DNA of 64,000 bases from the IMG/VR virus record IMGVR_UViG_3300025000_000005, positions 1 to 64,000 of that record, one strand, 5' to 3'. The position numbers and the translations under genes were made by a program. Positions 18,535-27,153 of the stretch are shown piece after piece (the first letter of the stretch is position 1; every line of letters starts with the position of its first letter). Under the pieces are notes generated by a model. That model was not told the origin of the DNA, ran no database searches, and worked only from the letters and a program-made list of their open reading frames with translations. This DNA is from a virus.

Positions 18535-18711
18535 TTATTTAGTTGCCGTGTAGGTATTCGGTGCGAAAATCGGGTCACGCCGGATAGCAGCATGCTCGTT
18601 TATCCACCCAACGACATTCATGAGTTCCGGTAAAGATCCGCACCCTTTTGGGCATGAAGTTTTCCCGCAGTTTTTAGACTGGCACGCTTGGGGATACTGC
18701 CTTGTTTCCAT
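18535..18711 (-). CDS. 58-aa Cys-rich protein (not in ORF track)
   Basis: METRQYPQACQSKNCGKTSCPKGC...; GGAGG RBS. Confidence 0.6.
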   Translation of the reverse strand: METRQYPQACQSKNCGKTSCPKGCGSLPELMNVVGWINEHAAIRRDPIFAPNTYTATK

Positions 18712-18753
18712 GGTCTCAATCCTCCATTATTTCCAGCCGGAAGCCGGTCGGGT

Positions 18754-19032
18754 TTATCGGCGTTTTTTTTCGAAACCCCATTTCCCAAACCCAATTTCCA
18801 CCATTCCGGGTTGAATATCCTCCCCGGACATTTTCCCCCACTCTGTGCCATCCTCACCGACAACGCTTCGGCCGGAGCCTATCTCCACCGGCGACAACCC
18901 GTGACGGTTGCAGATTTCCTGCATTGCGGCTTGAACCCTATCCACTCTCCCGGAATCGTTGGTATGATCGTATGTAATGGCATCGATTATTTCCCCGTTC
19001 TCATTTATCGCTACAACCTGGTATTTTATCAT
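18754..19032 (-). CDS. Small acidic protein, first gene of the leftward operon
   Basis: GGGGG RBS; downstream of a TTGACA promoter. Confidence 0.6.
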   Translation of the reverse strand: MIKYQVVAINENGEIIDAITYDHTNDSGRVDRVQAAMQEICNRHGLSPVEIGSGRSVVGEDGTEWGKMSGEDIQPGMVEIGFGKWGFEKKRR

Positions 19033-19083
19033 GTCTCAATCCCCCGTTTTTTGGTTTTTGGTTTTTCCCTCACCTTTTTCTCG

Positions 19084-19213
19084 ACACTATTCCAACCCTG
19101 GTATAGTTGTCAAGAAAAAAATAAAGAAATGAAGAAATAAATTTAAAAAGCTGGCAACAATCCTTTTTAAATACATTTATTTCTTGCACTCGAAAAAGAT
19201 TTTATTATATGAT
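19084..19213. promoter_or_regulatory. Divergent sigma70-type promoters (leftward operon ending in cas12m; rightward int-par-rep operon)
   Basis: Minus-strand TTGACA at 19108-19113; plus-strand TTGCAC (19184)-18 nt-TATGAT (19208); AT-rich. Confidence 0.5.
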
Positions 19214-19544
19214 GGCTAATCATCTGGCAAATAGCGTCCGGATCAACTCAAAGATTCATGCTTAAGTGATTAAAATTATGAATAACCCAAACTGTAAAGC
19301 GGAAAAGGCGGGCCACAACACACCAATAATAGGCGCCGTCATCAGCTTTCCGGTTAAAACCGAATCCGCCACCCATAATAGCGACTCGCCAACTTTACGG
19401 GAAAAGATAGCGAGCCGAAAACGCGCAAAATATGGATATATTCTAATAGGTTGCGAATCAAAACAGGCCATACCGGTATCTTTAAGGGTCGGTCTGTCGC
19501 CAACTTTTAACGATTTTTCAATGTTTCTTGGCGAGGGGTGAAAA

Positions 19545-20150
19545 ATGAAAAACGGATCTCAGCTTGCTCTCAACAGGCCACAAAAAGGGGATATAATCTC
19601 CGTTTCACCGGTCCGGAGCTTAAGGGATATTTCCCATATCAAGAAGAACCTCTGGCGGCACCCCCGGAATTATGCCCTGTTCGTGGTCGGGATCAATACC
19701 AGCTTCCGAGCGTCCGAACTGGTATCGATCCGGGTCGGGGACGTGAAGCACCTCCGGCCTATGGATTCGTTCAAGCTCAGGGAGAAAAAAACCGGCAAGG
19801 TGCGGGAAATCCATTTTAACCAAGCGTGCGTTCTTGCCGTCCGCAAGCTGCTCTCATCCAGGAAATATTCGGATGATGATTTTCTATTCCGTAGCGAAAG
19901 GACCGGAGGCGCCCTGACCGTATCGGCAGTCCACAGGTTGGTCAAGTCCTGGTGCCGGGATCTTAACCTGCTCGGCAATTTTGGCAGCCACACTCTCCGA
20001 AAAACGTGGGGGTATCATCAGCACTCGACCTACGGAGTGAGTCTGGCAAGCTTGATGAAATGTTTCGGTCATAGCGATTCGGCAATAACGCTACGGTATC
20101 TCTGCATTTCGGATGCCGACCTACAAAGGGTCTACTCGAATGAATTGTGA
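19545..20150 (+). CDS. Tyrosine recombinase, catalytic-domain only (multimer resolvase type)
   Basis: RNYALF..GINTSFRASEL, EKKTGK, HTLRKTWGY, FGHS, TLRYL. Confidence 0.9.
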   Translation: MKNGSQLALNRPQKGDIISVSPVRSLRDISHIKKNLWRHPRNYALFVVGINTSFRASELVSIRVGDVKHLRPMDSFKLREKKTGKVREIHFNQACVLAVRKLLSSRKYSDDDFLFRSERTGGALTVSAVHRLVKSWCRDLNLLGNFGSHTLRKTWGYHQHSTYGVSLASLMKCFGHSDSAITLRYLCISDADLQRVYSNEL

Positions 20151-20159
20151 GGTGTCCGG

Positions 20160-20828
20160 ATGATCATCAGTTTTGTAAACCAGAAGGGCGGAGTCGGGAA
20201 AACCACCATGGCAATAAATATCGCCCATGCGCTATCGACCCGCAACAAGGTGCTGCTGATCGATACCGACCCGCAGGGGAGTGTCGGCCGATGGCAGGGG
20301 ATATCGGGCGCCAGTTATTTTGACGTACTCCATCACCCAAAAGTCATTCACCAAAAAATTGAGGCGCTTTCGGCAGGCTACACTCATACCGTGATCGATG
20401 CCCCTCCAGGCATCAGCGAATTAACCCTTTCGTGCCTGCTGAGTTCCGACATGGCGATCATACCGATTACGCCCAGCCCACTCGACATTTGGGCGAGTGA
20501 CGACATTTTGCCGCTTGCCAGTGAGGCAAAAACGTACCGGCCTGGCTTGGCGATAAAAATCCTCATTACAAAAAAACAGCCCAATACGGTTGTCGGTAGA
20601 GAGGTGCGGCAGGCATTAGAATATTACCGCATGGAAATTTTTAAAACGGAAATAGGCCACAGGATTGCGTATGTCAACGCCATGATAAATGGAGAGACCG
20701 TCCTGTCTCACGCACCTATGAGCGCACCCGCCCGGGAAATAAGCGCCCTTTTACGCGAAATTTTAACTAATAAGGAGAAAAAACAAAATGGTAAAATCAT
20801 TAAAGGACATGCCCGCCGTAGTAAATAA
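20160..20828 (+). CDS. parA: ParA (type Ib/ParF-like) Walker ATPase
   Basis: NQKGGVGKTT, IDTDPQGS, IDAPP; no N-terminal HTH. Confidence 0.92.
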   Translation: MIISFVNQKGGVGKTTMAINIAHALSTRNKVLLIDTDPQGSVGRWQGISGASYFDVLHHPKVIHQKIEALSAGYTHTVIDAPPGISELTLSCLLSSDMAIIPITPSPLDIWASDDILPLASEAKTYRPGLAIKILITKKQPNTVVGREVRQALEYYRMEIFKTEIGHRIAYVNAMINGETVLSHAPMSAPAREISALLREILTNKEKKQNGKIIKGHARRSK

Positions 20829-21282
20829 GCCGGAAGCACGGCAAAAACGTTCTAAAAAAGACGCCAAAGGCATACCAGGAACCGTATTTATGAATGCGAA
20901 AATCAATTCAAGCCTGAAAAAGGAGATAAAAAAGCATTGCACGCTGAGGAGAATAACCATTCGATATTTTGTCGAAGAGACGATTCGTGAATACCTTCAC
21001 GCGGGGTTGCTGTCACGCAAACAGAGCATATCGTCCAAAATTACGGGGGATATGTCCATTAGACTCGCCGAACTGGCGGCGGAGCGAAGTGGTGGTGTCG
21101 TGCACATGCTCAGGCCCAAAAGCAAAAGAGCCGGTCGACTCAACGTAGAGGTGAGCATCGACGCGCAATGTAAAATGAAGCTGCTTTGCGTAAGCACAGG
21201 GGCGACTATTCAATATTTTTTAGAGGAGGCTATTACCTGGAAACTGAAAAAGGAATCGAATGAGAAGGAGGGGGGGGGGTAG
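20788..21282 (+). CDS. Putative centromere-binding protein with two RHH-like repeats
   Basis: NAKINSSLKKEIKKHC...TIRYFVEETIREYL and NVEVSIDAQCKMKLLC...TIQYFLEEAITWKL; directly after parA. Confidence 0.6.
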   Translation: MVKSLKDMPAVVNKPEARQKRSKKDAKGIPGTVFMNAKINSSLKKEIKKHCTLRRITIRYFVEETIREYLHAGLLSRKQSISSKITGDMSIRLAELAAERSGGVVHMLRPKSKRAGRLNVEVSIDAQCKMKLLCVSTGATIQYFLEEAITWKLKKESNEKEGGG

Positions 21283-21284
21283 CC

Positions 21285-22370
21285 GTGAAGATGCCAGCAG
21301 ACGGAACCCGACCAAAAGAGCGCCAGTCAAAACCCGCAAAGGTAATAGATATCAAGAGATTGCCAAAAACAAAAAAAGAGATCAAGCAGTTGGCCTTGTT
21401 CCCTTTTTTCACAACCGATGATGTAAAATATTCGAACACTGTGCACCTGTATGATGCCATACCGAAGTACGTCCGGAGTAAGCTGGAAAGGTCCGGACCT
21501 TCAATGCCGACAATGGTCCGCGATTTCGTGTTCAGGGGTGTGATGTACCATTCCGTTATTATCCCGGCAAGAGTCTTGGGCGATGACGGGAAAACATATT
21601 ATGAAGTTTTCCCTGGAGATAGGGAGGAATTCGTAGAAGACGCCCTGAGAAAAATGGCAACGACTTCCGATTCGGGGCGCACGCTGAACGGTCTTGCAAG
21701 CGTCGTCTTTACGCTCAGCGAACTCCAGAAAGAGTTAAAAAGCACCGGCCACGATTTTAATATCGATGACATAAAAGAGGCTTTATACGTCTGCAACAGG
21801 ACGCACATATCTTTGAGCGCTCAAGGCCAAGGCGTTGTCGCCTCGACCATGTTTCCGTCGCTTCAACTGCATTCCAAAGAGGAGTGGGAAGAGTCCGGCA
21901 GAGAGACGTGCTGCTTTGTCAGATTTAATCCTCTTGTGAGCTTGTCCATAAGGGATCGCTCATTCCGACAATACGATTACCTGACATGCATGAGCTACCG
22001 ATGGTCATTATCCAGGTACATCCACAAGCGCCTCTCCCACACGTTTTTACAGGCGAGTATCTCCAATTCATATACCATAAAGCTCTTGACGCTTCTGAGG
22101 GATTCTGGGACCACGCTATATAAAAGCCTGTCCGATAATATCAGAGAGGTCAAAAAAGCCCTCGAAGAAATGAAAGGTAAAGATGTCGTCAGGGAATACA
22201 CCATCACCCCGATAATAAATGATAAACGGAAAATAATGGATGCCGATATTGATATCAGGGTGACGCTTTCTTTCGTTGGTGACATGAAACGCGCAAACGC
22301 TCTTTCGAGGGATATAACATTAATACAGGAATGCTCGGTTGGGGACGATGAGGGTGACGGAGAAAATTAA
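21285..22370 (+). CDS. Plasmid replication initiator (Rep)
   Basis: QLALF...YSNTVHLYDAIPKY, PGDREEFVEDALRK and VFTLSELQKEL resemble winged-helix Rep proteins; followed directly by iterons. Confidence 0.75.
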   Translation: MKMPADGTRPKERQSKPAKVIDIKRLPKTKKEIKQLALFPFFTTDDVKYSNTVHLYDAIPKYVRSKLERSGPSMPTMVRDFVFRGVMYHSVIIPARVLGDDGKTYYEVFPGDREEFVEDALRKMATTSDSGRTLNGLASVVFTLSELQKELKSTGHDFNIDDIKEALYVCNRTHISLSAQGQGVVASTMFPSLQLHSKEEWEESGRETCCFVRFNPLVSLSIRDRSFRQYDYLTCMSYRWSLSRYIHKRLSHTFLQASISNSYTIKLLTLLRDSGTTLYKSLSDNIREVKKALEEMKGKDVVREYTITPIINDKRKIMDADIDIRVTLSFVGDMKRANALSRDITLIQECSVGDDEGDGEN

Positions 22371-22374
22371 AGGG

Positions 22375-22600
22375 CATTATGGTTTTCGTTCGAAGATCAT
22401 GGTGGTTTTCGTTCGAAATGGGGTTTTTTTATTATGGTTTTCGTTCGAAGTCGGGGCTTTTCATTATGGTTTTCGTTCGAAGTCATTATGGTTTTCGTTC
22501 GAAGTGAGGCGCTTTCATTATGGTTTTCGTTCGAAGTGGGAAGGTTTTATTATGGTTTTCGTTCGAAGTGGTATGCCTCATAGTGGTTTTCGTTCGAAGT
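22375..22600 (+). repeat. Iteron array/plasmid origin: 8 copies of TGGTTTTCGTTCGAA
   Basis: Cores start at 22380, 22403, 22435, 22467, 22489, 22521, 22553, 22584 (spacings 23, 32, 32, 22, 32, 32, 31); followed by an AT-rich tract. Confidence 0.9.
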
Positions 22601-22672
22601 CGAAAATATAAAAACTGTTTAGATTCGCCACATTAGCGCGTTTTTCCTCCCCCTATCCTTTAACCCTTATTT

Positions 22673-22703
22673 ATAAAAAGAAAGGGGCACCCGAAGGCAC
22701 CCC
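22673..22703 (-). terminator. Rho-independent terminator of the late operon
   Basis: GGGGUGCC-UUCG-GGUGCCCC followed by UUUCUUUUU on the minus strand. Confidence 0.85.
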
Positions 22704-22732
22704 AAATTTTAACCCAAAAAAGAACCGATCCC

Positions 22733-23410
22733 TCACTCATCCTCGATCAGCAAACACCCGCAAATCTTCAACGCTACGGACCGTAGCGAATCCATCTGAT
22801 TATCGCTCAATTCAACCGGCCTGCTATAGGCAATCCCGACGAAGGCAAGGGGCTCACTCGATTCGAACTTGAACACGCTTACCAGATAGAGGGCTGCCAC
22901 CTGAGCGTCTTTCAAAATCTGATACCCACTCGTATCGGTCCCCTTTATCGCATCGGCGTCCGGAATCTGCATTTCGTTATCCTTTTGCAGTCTTTCGTAC
23001 CAATTTGCGAACAGCCCCAGGGGGAGGCTCTGCCAGTTCGGCGAACACAGAGAAACCCCAGGTTCGGCAAACTCATGGGTCATAGAGATTTTCTTGAATG
23101 AATTGCCGGTGATCGCATTATGATCCCCGTTATGGCGCTGAAAAACAAAGGCCCTTTTTGCTGATAAGGAAAAAACAATGTGTGCCAACGCATCGTTGAT
23201 CACAACATCCTGCTTTATCGACAGCGATAATTTTTTTTCTGAGCCGATACCAATCCGATGAATTATCTTTTCGATATGTTCCTTGAGCACCTTTTTCATC
23301 AAAAAAAGCTGCCCGACAATGGTGACAGCGATCAACCCCGCCGCGAAAGGGTTGATGCCCAAAAAAGATCCGATAAAATCAGCCAGTGCTGAAACCGTTT
23401 CCATTTCCAT
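22733..23410 (-). CDS. Membrane protein with GAF-like soluble domain (putative holin-like)
   Basis: N-terminal hydrophobic segment; AFVFQRHNG..FKKISMTHE...AFVGIAY; occupies the position of P1 lysis genes after pro. Confidence 0.5.
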   Translation of the reverse strand: MEMETVSALADFIGSFLGINPFAAGLIAVTIVGQLFLMKKVLKEHIEKIIHRIGIGSEKKLSLSIKQDVVINDALAHIVFSLSAKRAFVFQRHNGDHNAITGNSFKKISMTHEFAEPGVSLCSPNWQSLPLGLFANWYERLQKDNEMQIPDADAIKGTDTSGYQILKDAQVAALYLVSVFKFESSEPLAFVGIAYSRPVELSDNQMDSLRSVALKICGCLLIEDE

Positions 23411-23412
23411 GG

Positions 23413-24450
23413 TTAAAACAGGGGACCCCAAAGAGAAAACGAATCTGAATTGAATGCGGCGGCGGCCCGGCCGTATTCACGCTCAATTTTTTTCTGTTCA
23501 TCCACCTTTTTGACCAAAAGGGATTGCCGTTCCTGCCCCGGGAGCGGGTATCTCGACAGGTCGGTCATCCCGGCCGTTTCGAAAAAGCCTTTGATCTTGA
23601 AAAAATCCTCCTCGGATGCCATGCCTATAAGCGCATCCGCGATATCGGCGGGGACCACTACCGGCATTTTACCTGCGCACTCGGCCACAAGCGCCTTCCT
23701 GCCGTCGATCATCGCCTCAAGGGCTTCTAATTTAGCCTTGGCATTCCCGATTTCTATTTGCAGGGCACCCGCCTTTTCAACCATGGCCGCTTCAAAGATC
23801 TCAGCTTCCTCAAGGCGCCGCTCAAGCTCTGCCGCATAAAACTGACTGGATGCCGCCCACCCCTGGACTATTTTCTCGGCGCCGGCGTCATCCACCCCGA
23901 GAATAGAGCAAACGCTTTCGAGGATCATGTCTTTTGATTCGGCCGATTCGAGGATGTATCCGCGGTTTTCAGAGAACCCCGGGTCGATCACATAATCAAA
24001 GCCCTCGAAAGAGGATAACCGGGTCGCCCCATGCTTACCTCCGTCCCTTCCGCCCATGGCCCAGGAGAAGCCGCCTACTCGATTCTGGTTCAGCCCCGCG
24101 ACGATCTTTCCCGGCGCGTTTTCCAGCAGCATTTCTTGCGTATGGGACACATTCCCGGCCGCATCGATTTCAAAGGATGTGGTAACATTGCTGGGGATGT
24201 TTTCAAGAACAAGAGAAGACCCGTCCGGAGTGACAATCTTTTCGACTTCCCCTATCCGGACCTTCCCGGCTAATTGCCGGCGTCCATGGCCGAAGTACCC
24301 AAGCTTCTCCCGCATCCTGATCCCCTCTCGTGTCTCAGGGGAATAGCAAACCTCGCGGGCGTTCTCCAGAATGTAGGCCCGGTGATGCCCCGTGTATTTC
24401 CGCCCCTCCCGAAATAGATTGAACCCGCACTTGATAACATTTTCGGCCAT
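23413..24450 (-). CDS. pro: Prohead protease, P1 Pro-like
   Basis: ETREGIRMREKLGYFGHGRRQLAGK, VSHTQE, PGKIV, GGFSWAMGG, FEGFDYV. Confidence 0.88.
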   Translation of the reverse strand: MAENVIKCGFNLFREGRKYTGHHRAYILENAREVCYSPETREGIRMREKLGYFGHGRRQLAGKVRIGEVEKIVTPDGSSLVLENIPSNVTTSFEIDAAGNVSHTQEMLLENAPGKIVAGLNQNRVGGFSWAMGGRDGGKHGATRLSSFEGFDYVIDPGFSENRGYILESAESKDMILESVCSILGVDDAGAEKIVQGWAASSQFYAAELERRLEEAEIFEAAMVEKAGALQIEIGNAKAKLEALEAMIDGRKALVAECAGKMPVVVPADIADALIGMASEEDFFKIKGFFETAGMTDLSRYPLPGQERQSLLVKKVDEQKKIEREYGRAAAAFNSDSFSLWGPLF

Positions 24451-24459
24451 GACATCCTC

Positions 24460-26103
24460 CTAATCGTAAATTTGATCCATCGCTTTTTTGATAATTTCCT
24501 CAATCCGGGCGGATTCTGAGACCTCTGCATCCTGTTCGGCCGATTCGGGCTGAACCGGCTTTATTAATTTGGGGAATATCCCCTTGAATTTTTCCTCATC
24601 CACTCTCAATATGTCGGTCCATAGGTAATTATTGAGCGCGTTCCAGTCGACTTTTGAAAATTCCGGGTCTACGATCTGCGCCAGTGTCGCGGTAAGGGTC
24701 GCATAATTGAGCCTGCTCTCCTGGTTTTCCTGCTCTTCGCGTTCCATGGCGGTCGAAACCGAGTTAAAGACGATTCGCCATGGACGTTGCCCTGGCAAAA
24801 AGTACTTCCCGTGCTTCATCGCAACGTGAATGCAAAAAAGCTCTTCCAGGCCGTTACGAATCGCGTGGCGTAGCGCATTGGATTTGATCGCGGCAATGAG
24901 GCTTAGCCGAAGGTAACCGCCCTCCCCGAGGCCTCCGGAGAGCATGTCGCCAAAACCGATCAGGCTTGGGTCCACGCCGAGTGAACTTGAAAGACGTTTG
25001 ACATGGAACATGACGTCCTCAAGCCCCTCAATATTCGGGGACCCTTCCACCGTAGATATGTCAAGCCGCCCCTTGTCGCCAAATATCGGAAGCAGGTGAT
25101 TTATGACAGTCTGAAAAAAGCCTTTCGAAAGAACCTGATTCGCATGGTCCTCATTGGCACGCTTCAATTGCCTTGCGACCGTGTTCAGGTATTCCGCCGC
25201 TTTCGTCGGGGATAATTTCCCGGTATTGACCCCCACTATCCGCTCAAGCCTGGCAGCGTTCCTGCGACTCATATTGAGGGACACAATTGCGTTTAATAGA
25301 TCAAACCATGGGCCATACGATGTATCGAGGAGGCTCGTTCCGTAATTCTGTGACTCGACAATTTCCTCGCGGTATAAATCATCGTCAGCAATGTCGAAAA
25401 CGTCCTGGTCGAACCGGATAGGCTCAATCGCGCCCTGGACATGCCATTGCGGAATTTTAAAGGATACGATTTTCCATGGCTCCATCACGATCAACTGCCC
25501 GTCTCTCGCAACGTTCTGGTACGCATGCGTGTAGCCGGCCAACTGGCCGCCATGCTGGTATTCTTTGATAAATCGGGGATGGGTATAGTAATCGCTTCGA
25601 ATATGCTCAATGCCGCGGCCTTGCTTTCCATAGGGGCGGACATACCAAACGCCGTAGACCGCGGCATTGTAGGCCCATTCCTGGCAATTCTGGTTGATGA
25701 TTTCCTTAAATGTATTTCTTAAATCTTCGGTTATCGGGTCATCCGAATCGCTGGTTGATTCGATAGAAACGATCTCGCTTGTTCCGGCCTTGGCCGAAAG
25801 GGCCTGCTCGACATGGAGTTGTAACGCGCTATGGATAGTAGGGTCCTGGCGCATCGTTGCGAACACGGCATAGGCGGATAATCGATCACTCGGTATGGCA
25901 ATGCCAAGCTGCTCATCCTCGACACTGACGACAGAATCAGCTTCCGGAACCGGAGATACCGACCACGGGGAGGCGGAGATTGACCCCTGGCTTTCTACGG
26001 CGACAATATCCCTGCTGTTTTCGTTTCGGTTCTTGTCGAACCCGGGGAAGATTTTCTTCCAGATTGATTTCGAGCCGTCAATCAGATCGCCGATCGTAGC
26101 CAT
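24460..26103 (-). CDS. prt: Portal protein, P1 Prt-like
   Basis: 547 aa; DPTIHSAL, YYTHPRFIKEY, NYGTSLL, LGVDPSLIGFGDMLSGGLGEGG; upstream of pro. Confidence 0.85.
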   Translation of the reverse strand: MATIGDLIDGSKSIWKKIFPGFDKNRNENSRDIVAVESQGSISASPWSVSPVPEADSVVSVEDEQLGIAIPSDRLSAYAVFATMRQDPTIHSALQLHVEQALSAKAGTSEIVSIESTSDSDDPITEDLRNTFKEIINQNCQEWAYNAAVYGVWYVRPYGKQGRGIEHIRSDYYTHPRFIKEYQHGGQLAGYTHAYQNVARDGQLIVMEPWKIVSFKIPQWHVQGAIEPIRFDQDVFDIADDDLYREEIVESQNYGTSLLDTSYGPWFDLLNAIVSLNMSRRNAARLERIVGVNTGKLSPTKAAEYLNTVARQLKRANEDHANQVLSKGFFQTVINHLLPIFGDKGRLDISTVEGSPNIEGLEDVMFHVKRLSSSLGVDPSLIGFGDMLSGGLGEGGYLRLSLIAAIKSNALRHAIRNGLEELFCIHVAMKHGKYFLPGQRPWRIVFNSVSTAMEREEQENQESRLNYATLTATLAQIVDPEFSKVDWNALNNYLWTDILRVDEEKFKGIFPKLIKPVQPESAEQDAEVSESARIEEIIKKAMDQIYD

Positions 26104-26114
26104 GGCAAAGCCCT

Positions 26115-26678
26115 TTATTTATCAAAACTGCCCATTCCTGTATGACCGAATCCGCCCGTTCCGCGTTCGGTACGGGATAGATCGCCTACCTGATTAAAAA
26201 CTCCACGGTAAAACGGGGTGATAACGCCCTGCGCGATTGGGTCACCGACTGATATCTTGACCCCGTGGGTGCCGATATTATCCATGACAACATGGACCGG
26301 GCCGCGGTAATCAGGATCGATCGTCCCCTGAAGGACCCTGAGCATGGTTTTCGAACTCATTCCTGATCTTGGGCGGATTTCCATCTGCTTGTCCGGTGGG
26401 AGTGCTATTGCAAACTTGAGCGGTATCTTAACCGGCGTCCCTGGTCTGACGATTACCTCGACGGCGGCGAACAGATCACAGCCGGCCGCAACCGGAGTCG
26501 CATAAACCGGAATCGTAGCGTTTTCCGACAACAGTTTGATAGCGATGTTGGCAGTTGGGGTAAGCATCGGCATATCGGCAGGCTTGACACGCATTAATGA
26601 GGAGATGAAGGTGCGTGCGTTCTCCACGATAATCAGCACGCGCTTTGCGGTAAGAATCATGGACTTAAAGCTGATCAC
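26115..26678 (-). CDS. dut: Trimeric dUTPase
   Basis: All five motifs: AGCDL, RPRSG, GTIDPDYRG, IAQ, RGTGGFGHTG. Confidence 0.92.
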   Translation of the reverse strand: MISFKSMILTAKRVLIIVENARTFISSLMRVKPADMPMLTPTANIAIKLLSENATIPVYATPVAAGCDLFAAVEVIVRPGTPVKIPLKFAIALPPDKQMEIRPRSGMSSKTMLRVLQGTIDPDYRGPVHVVMDNIGTHGVKISVGDPIAQGVITPFYRGVFNQVGDLSRTERGTGGFGHTGMGSFDK

Positions 26679-27085
26679 ATCGCCTCCATTTCATCGTCAT
26701 GGGAAATAAAGAGAATCCCCTCGCCCGTTTCCGCATCATGGAGTTGATGCTCCGGTTCAAAAATATTGGTCGAATCGAACCGGGCACTCTCGTAAAAGAA
26801 TGCTGCCGCAAGGTTGAATTCTGGCGATCCATAGCCAAGAGCATCTACCCAATCCTGGTCCACATCGGTTCCGAAAACGAAATCTCCACTGTCAACGAAC
26901 ATTTTCTTTAAGAGCCACCAGTATGGGCCATAAGCCCTGTAGCGTACCGGCTTTTTCAGCAGGAAGAACCGGACCCCGCCCATCAGGCTTTTGATCCACG
27001 CATCGGACGCTTCCTTCCCCGGGCGATTATCCGTCCCGAGGTCGATTATTTTCTGCAACTCCTCTTTGGGCGCTTTTTCGATCAT
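26675..27085 (-). CDS. ulx: Ulx-like Dar accessory protein
   Basis: YRAYGPYWW motif and position right after darB, as in P1; ATG after AGGAG. Confidence 0.6.
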   Translation of the reverse strand: MIEKAPKEELQKIIDLGTDNRPGKEASDAWIKSLMGGVRFFLLKKPVRYRAYGPYWWLLKKMFVDSGDFVFGTDVDQDWVDALGYGSPEFNLAAAFFYESARFDSTNIFEPEHQLHDAETGEGILFISHDDEMEAM

Positions 27086-27153
27086 TGGCTTTCTCCTTTT
27101 TTTACCTATTAACAGAAAAAATGAAAAAAACAAATCTTTAAAGCTTTAAATCT

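Noticed and set aside
19266-19541. ORF or dif/lox-like site upstream of the recombinase
   Set aside because: Weak ORF. A TCGCCAACTTT direct repeat (19386, 19497) is present, but no convincing inverted core site could be defined
22375-22600. Regularly spaced repeats as a second CRISPR array, or the ORF 22339-22611
   Set aside because: 15-20-bp units with short helically phased gaps right after rep are iterons; the ORF is a by-product of the repeats
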